A stretch of 35,175 nucleotides of DNA from an uncultured Methanosarcinales archaeon. Lineage in GTDB: Archaea; Nanobdellota; Nanobdellia; Woesearchaeales; JAGVZT01. A model generated the notes under the pieces. It was not told the origin of the DNA. It worked only from the letters and a program-made list of their open reading frames with translations, and made no database searches. Where the stretch lies: assembly GCA_964419615.1 (NCBI GenBank), contig CAYQPU010000016.1, positions 1-35,175 on the forward strand. The letters are read 5' to 3'. Both the position numbers and the translations under genes were made by a program. Below, in pieces: positions 24,910-34,399 of the stretch (within the stretch, counting starts at the first letter, position 1; every line of letters begins with the position of its first letter).

Positions 24910-25986
24910 CTTTTTAAATTCTATAATAACTTCTTTTGTCTTTGGATCAACTGATTTGACCTTTGACCCAAACTTTTCTTGGATGGTTTTTGGAGATTTC
25001 TTAAACTCATCTTTTAATTGATTTAAAACCTTATCAACTTCAGTATAATTATTATAGATAAATTCTGCTTTTTGTGTATTCTCAACTATTGACTTTTTCA
25101 ACCCTTCAGCCCTTTCTGTCTGAATCCTAATAATCTCTTGAACCTTATTTATTTTCTCTTGATGCTTATCAACAACTTTAGCTTCTTTAACTGTTTTTTC
25201 TGTTATTATTTCATCAAGAGCTTGATTAAAACTATTAAACTTTTCAGGTTTTGGGTCTTTTAAACTTTTGATTTCAAAAGGAGCAACAACCTTTTCATAT
25301 GCTTTTGCCTTAATATCTTTTTTAAACAATCCCTTTGTGTTCTTTAAAACAAGTTTAATTTGTTTTTCATCAAGTGTTTCTGTCATCTTATCTATTTTAC
25401 TCAAAAAACAAACTTCCTCAGCATAAATACTCCCAAGGCCTAAATCAGCTGCCAGAAACTTCACAATTGCTTTTTTACTCTCTTTAACATCTTTAGGCTT
25501 AACTTTGAAAATACTCAGATCTTTTTTTGGAAATTTGTAAACTGTATTTGGTGTAATACTTCGATCTTTCCACTTCTCAATCTGAAGTGGAGAAATTATT
25601 TTATATTCTTCATCACATAAGATAAGATTTCCTTTACTAAATAATTCAAATATAAGTTTGTAATTCTTATCTTTTTCAAGAACAAATTCAACCACTCTTT
25701 CAAAACCATTTTGTTTTATTTCTTTAACCCAAGAATTTTCTAGTCTTTTTCTTAGAAAAATACAAAAGTTAAAAGGGTTTTCAGGGTGCAGCTGTTTATA
25801 CTCAGACAGATACATAAAATCAGGAAGTTTGATTAAAAGAACTTTCTTGCCTTTATTTGGAACATAAAACCTAAACTCAAGCTCTCTTTTGCTAACTTGA
25901 TAAATCTTATCAACCTTTCCTCCAACCAATTCCTGGAGCTCTTTAACTAAGTAAAATATATCCAAGGCAGTCATTGAGCTTTTCAT
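24907..25986 (-). CDS. NFACT/aRqc2 N-terminal half (NFACT-N, HhH, first coil)
   Basis: GGKVDKIYQ, FCIFLRKRL, QNGFERVVEF, LIFELFSKGNLILCD, LGLGSIYAEEVC; ends at 359 aa. Confidence 0.85.
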   Translation of the reverse strand: MKSSMTALDIFYLVKELQELVGGKVDKIYQVSKRELEFRFYVPNKGKKVLLIKLPDFMYLSEYKQLHPENPFNFCIFLRKRLENSWVKEIKQNGFERVVEFVLEKDKNYKLIFELFSKGNLILCDEEYKIISPLQIEKWKDRSITPNTVYKFPKKDLSIFKVKPKDVKESKKAIVKFLAADLGLGSIYAEEVCFLSKIDKMTETLDEKQIKLVLKNTKGLFKKDIKAKAYEKVVAPFEIKSLKDPKPEKFNSFNQALDEIITEKTVKEAKVVDKHQEKINKVQEIIRIQTERAEGLKKSIVENTQKAEFIYNNYTEVDKVLNQLKDEFKKSPKTIQEKFGSKVKSVDPKTKEVIIEFKK

Positions 25987-26453
25987 TTTATTTCCTCTAT
26001 TATTTTATTAATATCATAATCTTTAGTTGTATCAATTATCTTGATCTTGTGCCCTCTTTCTTGGGCTTCTGTAAGACAGTTATCAAAAATCTCCACATCT
26101 AGATTCTCTCTAACTTTCCTTTCATCATAATTTCTTTTCTCAAGCCTCTTTTTTAAAACACTTAATTCACATTTGGTTACAATACACAAATCAACAATCT
26201 CACTTGGTAAATAATGACTTAGGTGTGAATCTATTATTAGTTTACTGTGTTTGTTAATAAGTCCTATTAATACTTGATTTAACCTTTCAGTATCAATTAT
26301 TTCACATTTTCTATCTTTATCATATCCATCAGATAGATTATTCTCCTCAATTAGCTTATTAACATTAACATAAGTATAACCAAGCTTATCTGCTAATTTT
26401 TTTACAAGAGTTGTTTTTCCAGTTCCAGGTGAGCCAGTTACAATTATTATCAT
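25983..26453 (-). CDS. AK6/Fap7-type adenylate kinase
   Basis: VTGSPGTGKTT, IIDSHLSH, LEKRNYDERKVRENLDVEI. Confidence 0.9.
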   Translation of the reverse strand: MIIIVTGSPGTGKTTLVKKLADKLGYTYVNVNKLIEENNLSDGYDKDRKCEIIDTERLNQVLIGLINKHSKLIIDSHLSHYLPSEIVDLCIVTKCELSVLKKRLEKRNYDERKVRENLDVEIFDNCLTEAQERGHKIKIIDTTKDYDINKIIEEIK

Positions 26454-26478
26454 AATGAATCAAAAACAAAGAGATTAT

Positions 26479-27357
26479 TTAATTATTTTGGGGTTTTTCA
26501 ATGGTAAATTCAGCATCTGGGATCTCTTGTTGGTAAACATAGTCCACAATTATATGAAGTGGTTTGATTTCTTCAACATCCTTGTTATAAGTTGTATAAC
26601 ACTTAGTTTCCGCAGATCCTTCTTCAAATACAAGATCTGGATCACAATTAATAGAATTACCAGATATTGATGCTTGCAAGCTAGCTGTATTAATTGGTCC
26701 TAGACTTGATACACTAGATCCCCCATAAATCTCCCCATCTTTAAGGTTACTTACGGTGATCTCTAGTTCAATCTCACCAGTTGTATCAGTAAGTGGGAAA
26801 TAAGTAGATGTTATTTGAGAAACACCAACAGGAGCTCCTTGACCACTTAAGCTAAGACTATCTGGTGAATCACAGGACTTATCTCCAACCTGCTGCTCGA
26901 ACCTATCAGGATCAATACAATAATCAACAAATGCATTAGTCTGATATTTGTATGTGATAATATATCCTACTTGTGAGGTAATGTCTTCCGAAGTATCTGT
27001 TACATCTGCCTCCCAAAAAAAGGTATCTGTTTCTCCAACTTTCATAAACCTTGATTTTCCAAGCAAATTAATAGTCTGCATGATATTACCAACACTAAGA
27101 TCATCTCTATTGTGAGTCATCACAATCTTTGCACCAGAAACATCATAAGCACCTACGTTTTCAATCATAACTCCAGATCTAAAATGACCACCTGATTTCA
27201 CTCTATCTGGAGGAGAATTTGGTAATAAATCTATTTGTAGGCCTGCAGAACCTTGGTAAGGATCAAAAACATCCATTCCCCCGCTGCCACCTCCTCCAAA
27301 ACCATCACAACCAGCAATAATCATTACAAGCAATGTGAGTATAAGTAATCGCTTCAT
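26479..27357 (-). CDS. Surface protein with a lipoprotein-like signal
   Basis: MKR, hydrophobic core, IAGC, then a Gly-rich linker; beta-rich body with Cys pairs. Confidence 0.75.
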   Translation of the reverse strand: MKRLLILTLLVMIIAGCDGFGGGGSGGMDVFDPYQGSAGLQIDLLPNSPPDRVKSGGHFRSGVMIENVGAYDVSGAKIVMTHNRDDLSVGNIMQTINLLGKSRFMKVGETDTFFWEADVTDTSEDITSQVGYIITYKYQTNAFVDYCIDPDRFEQQVGDKSCDSPDSLSLSGQGAPVGVSQITSTYFPLTDTTGEIELEITVSNLKDGEIYGGSSVSSLGPINTASLQASISGNSINCDPDLVFEEGSAETKCYTTYNKDVEEIKPLHIIVDYVYQQEIPDAEFTIEKPQNN

Positions 27358-29042
27358 ACAACACCACCAGTATTAGATCCATAATTCTCAGCCTCAGGTG
27401 AATCAACATAGTTAGTCTCTTCCTCTGTTTCGGTCTGAGCTGCTTGTTCATCAGTACTCTCTGCTTCAGCATCCTCTCCATAAGTACCATACTTTTCATC
27501 TTCAGGAGAATCAGAATAATCTCTCTTAACTTCTCCAGTTGTTAGGTCAATATATTCGCTACATTCCTCTGGAATTGAGTCAAGAATCTCTTGTTTATCC
27601 TCGGGGGGCAGTCTATTTAAGAGGTCTGGATCAATATCAAGATAATCATCACAGGTTTGTAAATGGACAAGCACTAACTTTTCAGTAACATACAAATACT
27701 TTGCATAAATATTAATTCTACTTGTTGTAATATAATTATCACTTGAAGCTAAGTTTCCATCAGTTGTGATTGGTATTGAAAATATCTCATTTTCGGTATC
27801 TATTTTATACCCATTGTATACTTTGTGTCGGTAACCTTCTTTAACAGCTTCTAGTCTTTGTATCATAATACCTCTATCAATTCTGCTTTTTATGTAATTA
27901 TTATCAACTGTAATCCCAGCAGGTGCCTCAATAATAATATCTGTAAGATATGCGACACCATCTCCGCTATTTTCAATAGTAACAAATAAATGGTAATTAT
28001 CATACCCTACTTTCAGAGGTTGGACTCCCGATATCTCTGCCTTGGTTCTAATTGGGGTATTTTTTGAAATTGCATAAAGCCTATGATCTATTCCTGTTTC
28101 ACTTACAAAATGTGCCTGCAAGTCATCCTCATCTCTAATCAATAATTTTGTATTAATACTTGTGTATAAATCATCATAATCCTCGGGCTTTAGTGCACTA
28201 ACCTGTAAAGTTGAATATGAATTAAATGGGTATTCCAATCTGGCAATAACTCTATCAGTTGGTTTGTTACTTATGGTATGAGGTAGAGTACAGCCAGCAA
28301 CAAGAGTAACATCATTTTGCATTACAAACATACTGTTTTTATATTCAACTTCAATAAGTTCTCCTTCCTGATCTTCATATTCACAAAAAATAATTGCTTC
28401 CTGGTTTTCCACTGAATGACCTATACCTAGCATATCTCTACCAAGCATTTTAGGAATTACAAAAATCTCAATGTCAATTGGATCATTTCCATATACTTTT
28501 GAAGGACCAAATGCAGTTAATTTTAAACCATACTCCGTTGTATCAGTCGTTTCTGTTGGTGTGTATGTACCTTCCACTCTTGAAGTTAATCCTTCTGATA
28601 TCTTAAGTAATTTTTTGTCCCAATTTTCTTTGTTTTGTTTTATTAAAACTTGGGCAACTTTTCCGTAATCAACTTTACCTTGTGAGTTAATTAAAACTTC
28701 TTGTCCAGCATATTCCTCTGCCATAGCATATGCTGGATTTTTAAAGACAGTTAATAATAAATATATGATTAAGCAGAACATGGATAATTTAAAAATCAAC
28801 TTAAATGATGGTCCAATCAAATGAGTAAAAAAATTAGCAAACAAAGCATGAACATTTTTTGCTTTGTTATTAATCGCAACAGCAATATGTTCTTTTTTCT
28901 TTTCCTTTATCACTGTGTCTTGTGTTGGTGAGGTATCCTCTTTACTAGCTATGGCCTTTGCAAGCCCCCCTATGGTTCCAACAATTTTTTCAGTCTCAGC
29001 TGAATAAGGTTTAGGTATTTTTGGTTCAGTTTCATCAACCAT
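27354..29042 (-). CDS. Large membrane-anchored surface protein with acidic tail
   Basis: TM segment near aa 80-100, beta-rich ectodomain, D/E-rich C-terminus; 4-nt overlap with the next gene. Confidence 0.75.
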   Translation of the reverse strand: MVDETEPKIPKPYSAETEKIVGTIGGLAKAIASKEDTSPTQDTVIKEKKKEHIAVAINNKAKNVHALFANFFTHLIGPSFKLIFKLSMFCLIIYLLLTVFKNPAYAMAEEYAGQEVLINSQGKVDYGKVAQVLIKQNKENWDKKLLKISEGLTSRVEGTYTPTETTDTTEYGLKLTAFGPSKVYGNDPIDIEIFVIPKMLGRDMLGIGHSVENQEAIIFCEYEDQEGELIEVEYKNSMFVMQNDVTLVAGCTLPHTISNKPTDRVIARLEYPFNSYSTLQVSALKPEDYDDLYTSINTKLLIRDEDDLQAHFVSETGIDHRLYAISKNTPIRTKAEISGVQPLKVGYDNYHLFVTIENSGDGVAYLTDIIIEAPAGITVDNNYIKSRIDRGIMIQRLEAVKEGYRHKVYNGYKIDTENEIFSIPITTDGNLASSDNYITTSRINIYAKYLYVTEKLVLVHLQTCDDYLDIDPDLLNRLPPEDKQEILDSIPEECSEYIDLTTGEVKRDYSDSPEDEKYGTYGEDAEAESTDEQAAQTETEEETNYVDSPEAENYGSNTGGVV

Positions 29043-29051
29043 ATTTTTCTC

Positions 29052-30251
29052 CTAATCTAACTTAATCAGAACTTGCACAATCTCCAATGTTGATTTTGGA
29101 ATAATTTTGAGTGCATTGTTATCTGGCTGCATAAAGTAATCAATATTTTTAGAATAAATCCTCTCTTTTGTATACAAGCCAGTCTCTTTACCATTAACAA
29201 CAAATCTTGCTTCCTTAAGATTACCTTTCTCAACAAACTCTACTGTCAAGTTCACATTATAAGTATCATCTTCAATAGTCTCCCATTGATCCGCATCAAC
29301 ATTAAAATAATAAACTAACTCTGGTGAGGATTTAAGTTTAGTCTTCACCATAATCATGTCAATCAAGTAATTGCCATCTTCTGCTTTGAATATCACTCTG
29401 TTGCTTCCCTTTTCCAGAAGATCTGGACTAAACTCGTAAACATTTAGAATTCCACAATCAGGTATTCCTCTAAAAACTTCTTGATAATTGACTAAAACCT
29501 GTAAATTACCCACCCTTGAAGGAACACACTCAGGTAAAAACTTAAGCTGGACTCTATCAAGATTAATATATTCAATTTCAGTCAAATAAAAAACATTTTT
29601 AGATTCCTGCCTGCTAACATCTGTTACATCAGCAATCAATCTAATATTCTCAAAATTGTACTCATTTGTTTTCCAAAACTGCCAACCCACACTTTCAACA
29701 GAAAACTCAAGTACATTTATTTCTTGTAACAATTCTTGTGGAAGTGAAACAGGTTCTGGATTATAAACTCTGATATTGTCAACCAAGATTTCATAGCCAT
29801 TTAATTTAATAGTTAACAAACCTTCATGTGTTTTTGCTTGTAATGATAACATAACATTATCAGTATATTCTAAATTTTCTATTTTAAAGGTAATGTTCTT
29901 ACTCTTTGTATCAAAAGCACCATTATTAATGTAAAACGGATTAATCTTTTTAAGTTCTGTAGAATCTGTTGTTTTATACAAATAAAATGATGGAATAGTA
30001 TGTTCGTATTCTTTTTCACTTAAATAATCTAGTCTCCCTGGTTCTTCTTTAAGCAATATTTTTTCAATCTCATTGCCATTATCATTACCATTCTCATCAT
30101 CATCGGTTTCATTACCGTCATTTAAGATATCTTCTCTAACATCAGGAGGTACTAATAATACATAAAGAAGAATTGCACCAATTAAGATAAGTATAAGTAG
30201 TGATGCATCACCTGCATTCACAGATGTTTGGGCCCTCTTTTTCCTTAACAT
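29052..30251 (-). CDS. Surface protein with a class III-like signal peptide
   Basis: MLRKKRAQ followed by a hydrophobic helix; beta-rich repeats (N-x-L-x-F/I). Confidence 0.75.
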   Translation of the reverse strand: MLRKKRAQTSVNAGDASLLILILIGAILLYVLLVPPDVREDILNDGNETDDDENGNDNGNEIEKILLKEEPGRLDYLSEKEYEHTIPSFYLYKTTDSTELKKINPFYINNGAFDTKSKNITFKIENLEYTDNVMLSLQAKTHEGLLTIKLNGYEILVDNIRVYNPEPVSLPQELLQEINVLEFSVESVGWQFWKTNEYNFENIRLIADVTDVSRQESKNVFYLTEIEYINLDRVQLKFLPECVPSRVGNLQVLVNYQEVFRGIPDCGILNVYEFSPDLLEKGSNRVIFKAEDGNYLIDMIMVKTKLKSSPELVYYFNVDADQWETIEDDTYNVNLTVEFVEKGNLKEARFVVNGKETGLYTKERIYSKNIDYFMQPDNNALKIIPKSTLEIVQVLIKLD

Positions 30252-30341
30252 TAAATCAAATTTAAATAACCTAATATATAAATGTTTTTCTATATACTAA
30301 GAAAATATTATATATACTAAGTAACTAATTACATTACCACA

Positions 30342-31403
30342 ATGCAAATAATAAACAAGCAGCTTAAACAAGGAAAAATTAAGTTAGGAGTTGACTCTTT
30401 AGATGATCTTTGGTATCTAAGTCAAATTATCGAACCAGGAGATCATGTTGAAGGAAAAACAGAAAGAAAAATTAAGATTAAGGGAAAAGATGATCAAACA
30501 AAAGCTGTAACAAAAAAAACATTTTGGCTTAAACTAAAAGTTGAAAAAGTACACATTCATGAATACTCAGATCTTTTGAAGATTCAAGGAGTTGTGGCAG
30601 AAGGTCATGAAAAAATACCAATTGGAAGTCATCACAGTTTTAATGTTGAAGTTGGAACTAAAATTACAATAATCAAAGAATCTTGGCTTAACTATCAACT
30701 CAAACAATTAAAGGAATCAGCAGAAAACAAACTAGCAAATATATTAATCTGCGTGCTTGATAGAGAGAGTGCTTTTTTTGCCATTTTGAGAAACAAAGGT
30801 TATGAAATATTATCTGAATTAAAAGGTAGTGTTTCAAAAAAAATAGATCAGGAAATTAGTACAAGTAATTTTTACAAAGAAATAATTACATCATTAAAAG
30901 AATATCAAAATAGATTTGAATTAAAGTCAATAATTGTTGCCAGTCCAGCGTTTTGGAAAGAAGACCTATTAAAACAAATTAACGATGACCATCTAAAGAA
31001 AAAAATTGTACTTGCAACCTGCAATACCGCTGAAAAACCTGCAATACAAGAAATACTAAATAGAGATGAAATAAAAAAAGTACTGGAAGATCAAAGATTT
31101 TCAAAAGAGGTACAATTAGTTGAACAATTGCTTTCTGAAATCTCAAAAAATCAAAAAGCAGTTTATGGATTTAGTCAGACAAAAACAGCAGTAGATTCTG
31201 GTGCAGTTGAAAATTTATTAATTACCACAGATATTATTCATGCAAAAAAACAAGAGGATTCTTTTGAGGAAATCAACAAATTAATGCAACAGACTGAGAA
31301 AATGCAAGGTCAAATCTCAATCATAAATTCAAAAAACCAAGCAGGAAGAAAATTGGATTCTTTAGGAGGAATTGCAGGTTTATTAAGATATAAAATCAAT
31401 TAA
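30342..31403 (+). CDS. pelA: Pelota/Dom34 ribosome rescue factor
   Basis: SLDDLWYLSQIIEPGD, GSHHSFNV, ASPAFWK, GAVENLLIT, LDSLGGIAGLLRY. Confidence 0.95.
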   Translation: MQIINKQLKQGKIKLGVDSLDDLWYLSQIIEPGDHVEGKTERKIKIKGKDDQTKAVTKKTFWLKLKVEKVHIHEYSDLLKIQGVVAEGHEKIPIGSHHSFNVEVGTKITIIKESWLNYQLKQLKESAENKLANILICVLDRESAFFAILRNKGYEILSELKGSVSKKIDQEISTSNFYKEIITSLKEYQNRFELKSIIVASPAFWKEDLLKQINDDHLKKKIVLATCNTAEKPAIQEILNRDEIKKVLEDQRFSKEVQLVEQLLSEISKNQKAVYGFSQTKTAVDSGAVENLLITTDIIHAKKQEDSFEEINKLMQQTEKMQGQISIINSKNQAGRKLDSLGGIAGLLRYKIN

Positions 31404-31580
31404 CAACATTTATATATGATTACTACTTTATAGAAATACAGTGCTTATATTATTTGTTGTCATTGTTTGGTTATGTTTTTGAACCTTATATAATGTACAC
31501 TGAGAGATGACACAAAAAACCGCAACATATTAATATAAGTTACATTTATTATTGAATGTTAATTAGTTGGAGGGGAACAA

Positions 31581-32399
31581 ATGATTGTCAAAGAAGAATT
31601 TTTAAGTAAGCTACGTCTGTATTTCTCTCTAAATCTTTATGAAGTTAAGATTTGGACGGCTTTACTTTCAAGAGGTGTTTCAACCGCAGGTGAGTTGAGT
31701 GATATTGCAAATGTACCAAGATCACGAAGTTATGATGTTCTTGAAAGTCTAGAGAAAAAAGGATTTGTTGTAATGAAGTTTGGAAAGCCAATAAAATACT
31801 TGGCAGTGCCACCTACTGAAGTAGTAGAGCGTGTTAAAAAGAACATGAAATTAGAGGCAGATAAGAAAGTAAAGAGGCTTGATGAACTGAAAAAAACAGA
31901 GGTGCTCACAGAACTAAAGCAGCTTCACTCTCAAGGTATTGAGTTAGTAGAACCATCAGATCTTTCTGGTTCCTTAAGAGGAAGACATAATCTTTATAAT
32001 CATTTTGAGCTAACAATAAAAGGTGCAGAAGAGTCAGTAACAATAATGACAACTTCTCAAGGTTTTATTAGGAAAATCGAAGGATTAAAACCTGTATTGG
32101 AAAAAGTCAAGAAAAGAGGAGTTAAAGTAAAGATTGCAGCTCCACTCACAAAAGATTGTGCAAATGCAGTAAAAGATATTTCAGAAGTAGCTGAAATAAA
32201 GCACACAGACGCAAAAGCAAGATTTGTGATTATTGATGGTAAAGAACTTACATTTATGGTTTTGGAAGACAAAGAAGTTCACCCAACTTATGATGTAGGT
32301 ATCTGGGTAAACACACCATTCTTTGCATCAGCACTTGAAGAGCTATTTGATCTAGCTTGGAAAGATATGAAGCCTGCAAAGAAAATGCTGAAAATTTAA
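31581..32399 (+). CDS. TrmB-family transcriptional regulator
   Basis: LNLYEVKIW...TAGELSDIANVPRSRSYDVLESLEKKGFV winged HTH plus a C-terminal effector domain (RFVIIDG); GGAGGGG SD. Confidence 0.92.
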   Translation: MIVKEEFLSKLRLYFSLNLYEVKIWTALLSRGVSTAGELSDIANVPRSRSYDVLESLEKKGFVVMKFGKPIKYLAVPPTEVVERVKKNMKLEADKKVKRLDELKKTEVLTELKQLHSQGIELVEPSDLSGSLRGRHNLYNHFELTIKGAEESVTIMTTSQGFIRKIEGLKPVLEKVKKRGVKVKIAAPLTKDCANAVKDISEVAEIKHTDAKARFVIIDGKELTFMVLEDKEVHPTYDVGIWVNTPFFASALEELFDLAWKDMKPAKKMLKI

Positions 32400-32400
32400 T

Positions 32401-32423
32401 TCTTTTTTTTAATTTATTTTTTT
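32401..32423 (+). terminator. Putative oligo-T terminator after trmB
   Basis: T8 and T7 runs immediately after the stop codon. Confidence 0.35.
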
Positions 32424-33283
32424 GTTGAATAATAAGTTTTAAATCTAAAAATACCCATAATTAATCCTACACACATGTTCACAACAGTCTGAACTAAACT
32501 AAATATTATGCTAAGTATTGAGGTAAAAATAATCATAACTGGAATTCCACTAACATCCCCAACTGAATCAATAATATTTATTGGCATTCCAATAACTGAT
32601 AAGATTATACTAACTCCCATAGAAACAGCCATTATTAATGCCCAAGCAATAATTGTGTGTAATAAATTACTTTTAACGTAAGCAAACGCTTTTTTAATAA
32701 GAGTAAATAATTTACCTCTTTCACTGGCAATTATTGGATCAATAAAAAACAAACCAAAGCCAAGTAAAAATGCATAAATTATGTAGATAACTCCAAACAA
32801 TATTCCAAACACAATTGCCACTATATCCGAAAATTGATAATATAATAAAACAATTCCAGCCATAAGAAGTAATGGAATCATAAAAAGTGCAGTGCTCACA
32901 AAAATGTATCCTAAATATGTTTTGAAATATTTTTTTCCATAAACAATCATATCCTTTGTTCTGGTCTTGCCCTTCTTAGCCACATCTTTATACATTCCAA
33001 TTAGCATTGCTCTGGTGAATGCTCCAATCAGTGTTAAAATAATAAAATCAACAATTCCAAATATCACAAGTAAAACAAGGGAGCCTGGATTACTCCAGAC
33101 CTGAGCAAAATCATCAGTCAGTCCAATATCTGCCACTCCAGTCACAACAACCATCTGCAGCAAAAAAAATATCATGAAAAACATAATTACACCAAAATTA
33201 ATAAGAAGTGGAAAAAATAAATTCTTATTTTTCCGAAATCCATCCCAACTTTCTTTGAGTAAATCAAGGTATTTAACTTTCAT
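32414..33283 (-). CDS. Polytopic membrane protein, unknown function
   Basis: 289 aa with about 6 TM segments. Confidence 0.8.
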   Translation of the reverse strand: MKVKYLDLLKESWDGFRKNKNLFFPLLINFGVIMFFMIFFLLQMVVVTGVADIGLTDDFAQVWSNPGSLVLLVIFGIVDFIILTLIGAFTRAMLIGMYKDVAKKGKTRTKDMIVYGKKYFKTYLGYIFVSTALFMIPLLLMAGIVLLYYQFSDIVAIVFGILFGVIYIIYAFLLGFGLFFIDPIIASERGKLFTLIKKAFAYVKSNLLHTIIAWALIMAVSMGVSIILSVIGMPINIIDSVGDVSGIPVMIIFTSILSIIFSLVQTVVNMCVGLIMGIFRFKTYYSTKK

Positions 33284-33310
33284 ATAAATAAAACCTATAA
33301 CAAGAGATAT

Positions 33311-33607
33311 TTATTTCTTTTTATTTTTAGAATCTGTACTTGGTGCTTTTTTTGTTTTTACTCTTTTTTTGTGAGCTTTTACAATAATATCTATCTTTTT
33401 TAGTTCACTTACAATTGAGGCGTGTGGTGCATCTTGAGTAATCTTTACCTTTTGATCAAGAGGCTCTAAATGTTTAATATTGCACTTTTTTCTTCTTGTT
33501 TGTCCATCAATCATAACAAAATTAGAATCAATTTTTTTTACAATAACTCCATATTTACCTGCATCTCTTCCTGCAATCTTCAAGCACACTCTTCCAACAT
33601 CAATCAT
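33311..33607 (-). CDS. rpl14e: 50S ribosomal protein L14e
   Basis: DVGRVCLKIAGRDAGK, IDG..RRKKCNIKHLEP; Lys-rich extension. Confidence 0.96.
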   Translation of the reverse strand: MIDVGRVCLKIAGRDAGKYGVIVKKIDSNFVMIDGQTRRKKCNIKHLEPLDQKVKITQDAPHASIVSELKKIDIIVKAHKKRVKTKKAPSTDSKNKKK

Positions 33608-33867
33608 TTTCTCACCCTTTGCTTGATTTTTTCTCTAGTACATTTTGTGCATAAAACTCCACCATAAGGTCTAGATGGTCTTTTTTTAGTTTTTGCTAGT
33701 CTACCTATTTTAAACCTTCTTTGCGCAGGTACACCTGCTAAAACTGCTCCACAATTCCCACATTTAGCCTTACCAGGTTTTCTTCTAACAAAGTGTAATA
33801 CTGTATTGCCACCAGGTGTTTTTTTAAACACTCTTCTTTGACTTCTTGACTTTTTACTGCCTTGCAT
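33604..33867 (-). CDS. rpl34e: 50S ribosomal protein L34e
   Basis: KTPGG, AKCGNCG, KRPSRPYGGVLCTKC. Confidence 0.97.
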   Translation of the reverse strand: MQGSKKSRSQRRVFKKTPGGNTVLHFVRRKPGKAKCGNCGAVLAGVPAQRRFKIGRLAKTKKRPSRPYGGVLCTKCTREKIKQRVRK

Positions 33868-33890
33868 ATATATTGGGAACCCCCTATGAT

Positions 33891-34346
33891 TTAAATAGCT
33901 TTTGAAAAAATCTCTTTTATCAACTTGATGGCATTTTCCTTGTTTTTTGGAAAAACTGCTAAGGAAATCCTAATGTGATAGCAGTCTCCGCTTTTAATTA
34001 ACAATAATTTGTTTTCTTTGATTAGCATTTTTTTATCAAATCTCATAAAAAAATCAAGATTGTCATCAATTTGCTTACTAGCATTTTTGATAATAAGGTC
34101 TCTTTGATCTCTACTGAGTTTATCAACTATGTTATCTAAAAATTCATTCATAAGCTTTTTTTTAGTTAAAGAAACTGAAAATATTGTAATTTCTCTGTTA
34201 TTAAACCCAACTGCATTTTTCTTATTGATATTAATCTTATTTTCATATAAATCAAAAGGTAAGAAATAAACTAATTTTTCATAAACATCTTCTAACTTAT
34301 CTTCGGGTGTACTGAAAACTCTTATCTGAACCAGATGAGCGATCAT
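33891..34346 (-). CDS. Archaeal RNA-binding protein (DUF54-like)
   Basis: RVFSTPED, GFNNREI, FFMRFDK pattern; directly upstream of rpl34e. Confidence 0.7.
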   Translation of the reverse strand: MIAHLVQIRVFSTPEDKLEDVYEKLVYFLPFDLYENKININKKNAVGFNNREITIFSVSLTKKKLMNEFLDNIVDKLSRDQRDLIIKNASKQIDDNLDFFMRFDKKMLIKENKLLLIKSGDCYHIRISLAVFPKNKENAIKLIKEIFSKAI

Positions 34347-34399
34347 AAATTAGTAGTCAAACAAATAAATTTAAAAAACCTGGTTTTTTAACACTGGTC

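Noticed and set aside
27280-27305. GGGGSGG linker resembling a synthetic construct
   Set aside because: It uses mixed natural codons directly after a lipoprotein-like signal; there is no vector sequence nearby.
413-33667. Short overlapping ORFs in the track (e.g. 413..622, 1086..1274, 1452..1643, 1921..2124, 2174..2383, 2882..3097, 4525..4770, 5840..6148, 7687..7968, 8612..8797, 11433..11630, 13762..13980, 14131..14316, 15244..15450, 18224..18505, 19261..19503, 19293..19496, 22163..22446, 24461..24712, 26455..26670, 27305..27499, 28471..28668, 32057..32272, 33470..33667)
   Set aside because: They are shadow frames on or opposite well-supported genes and have no motifs.
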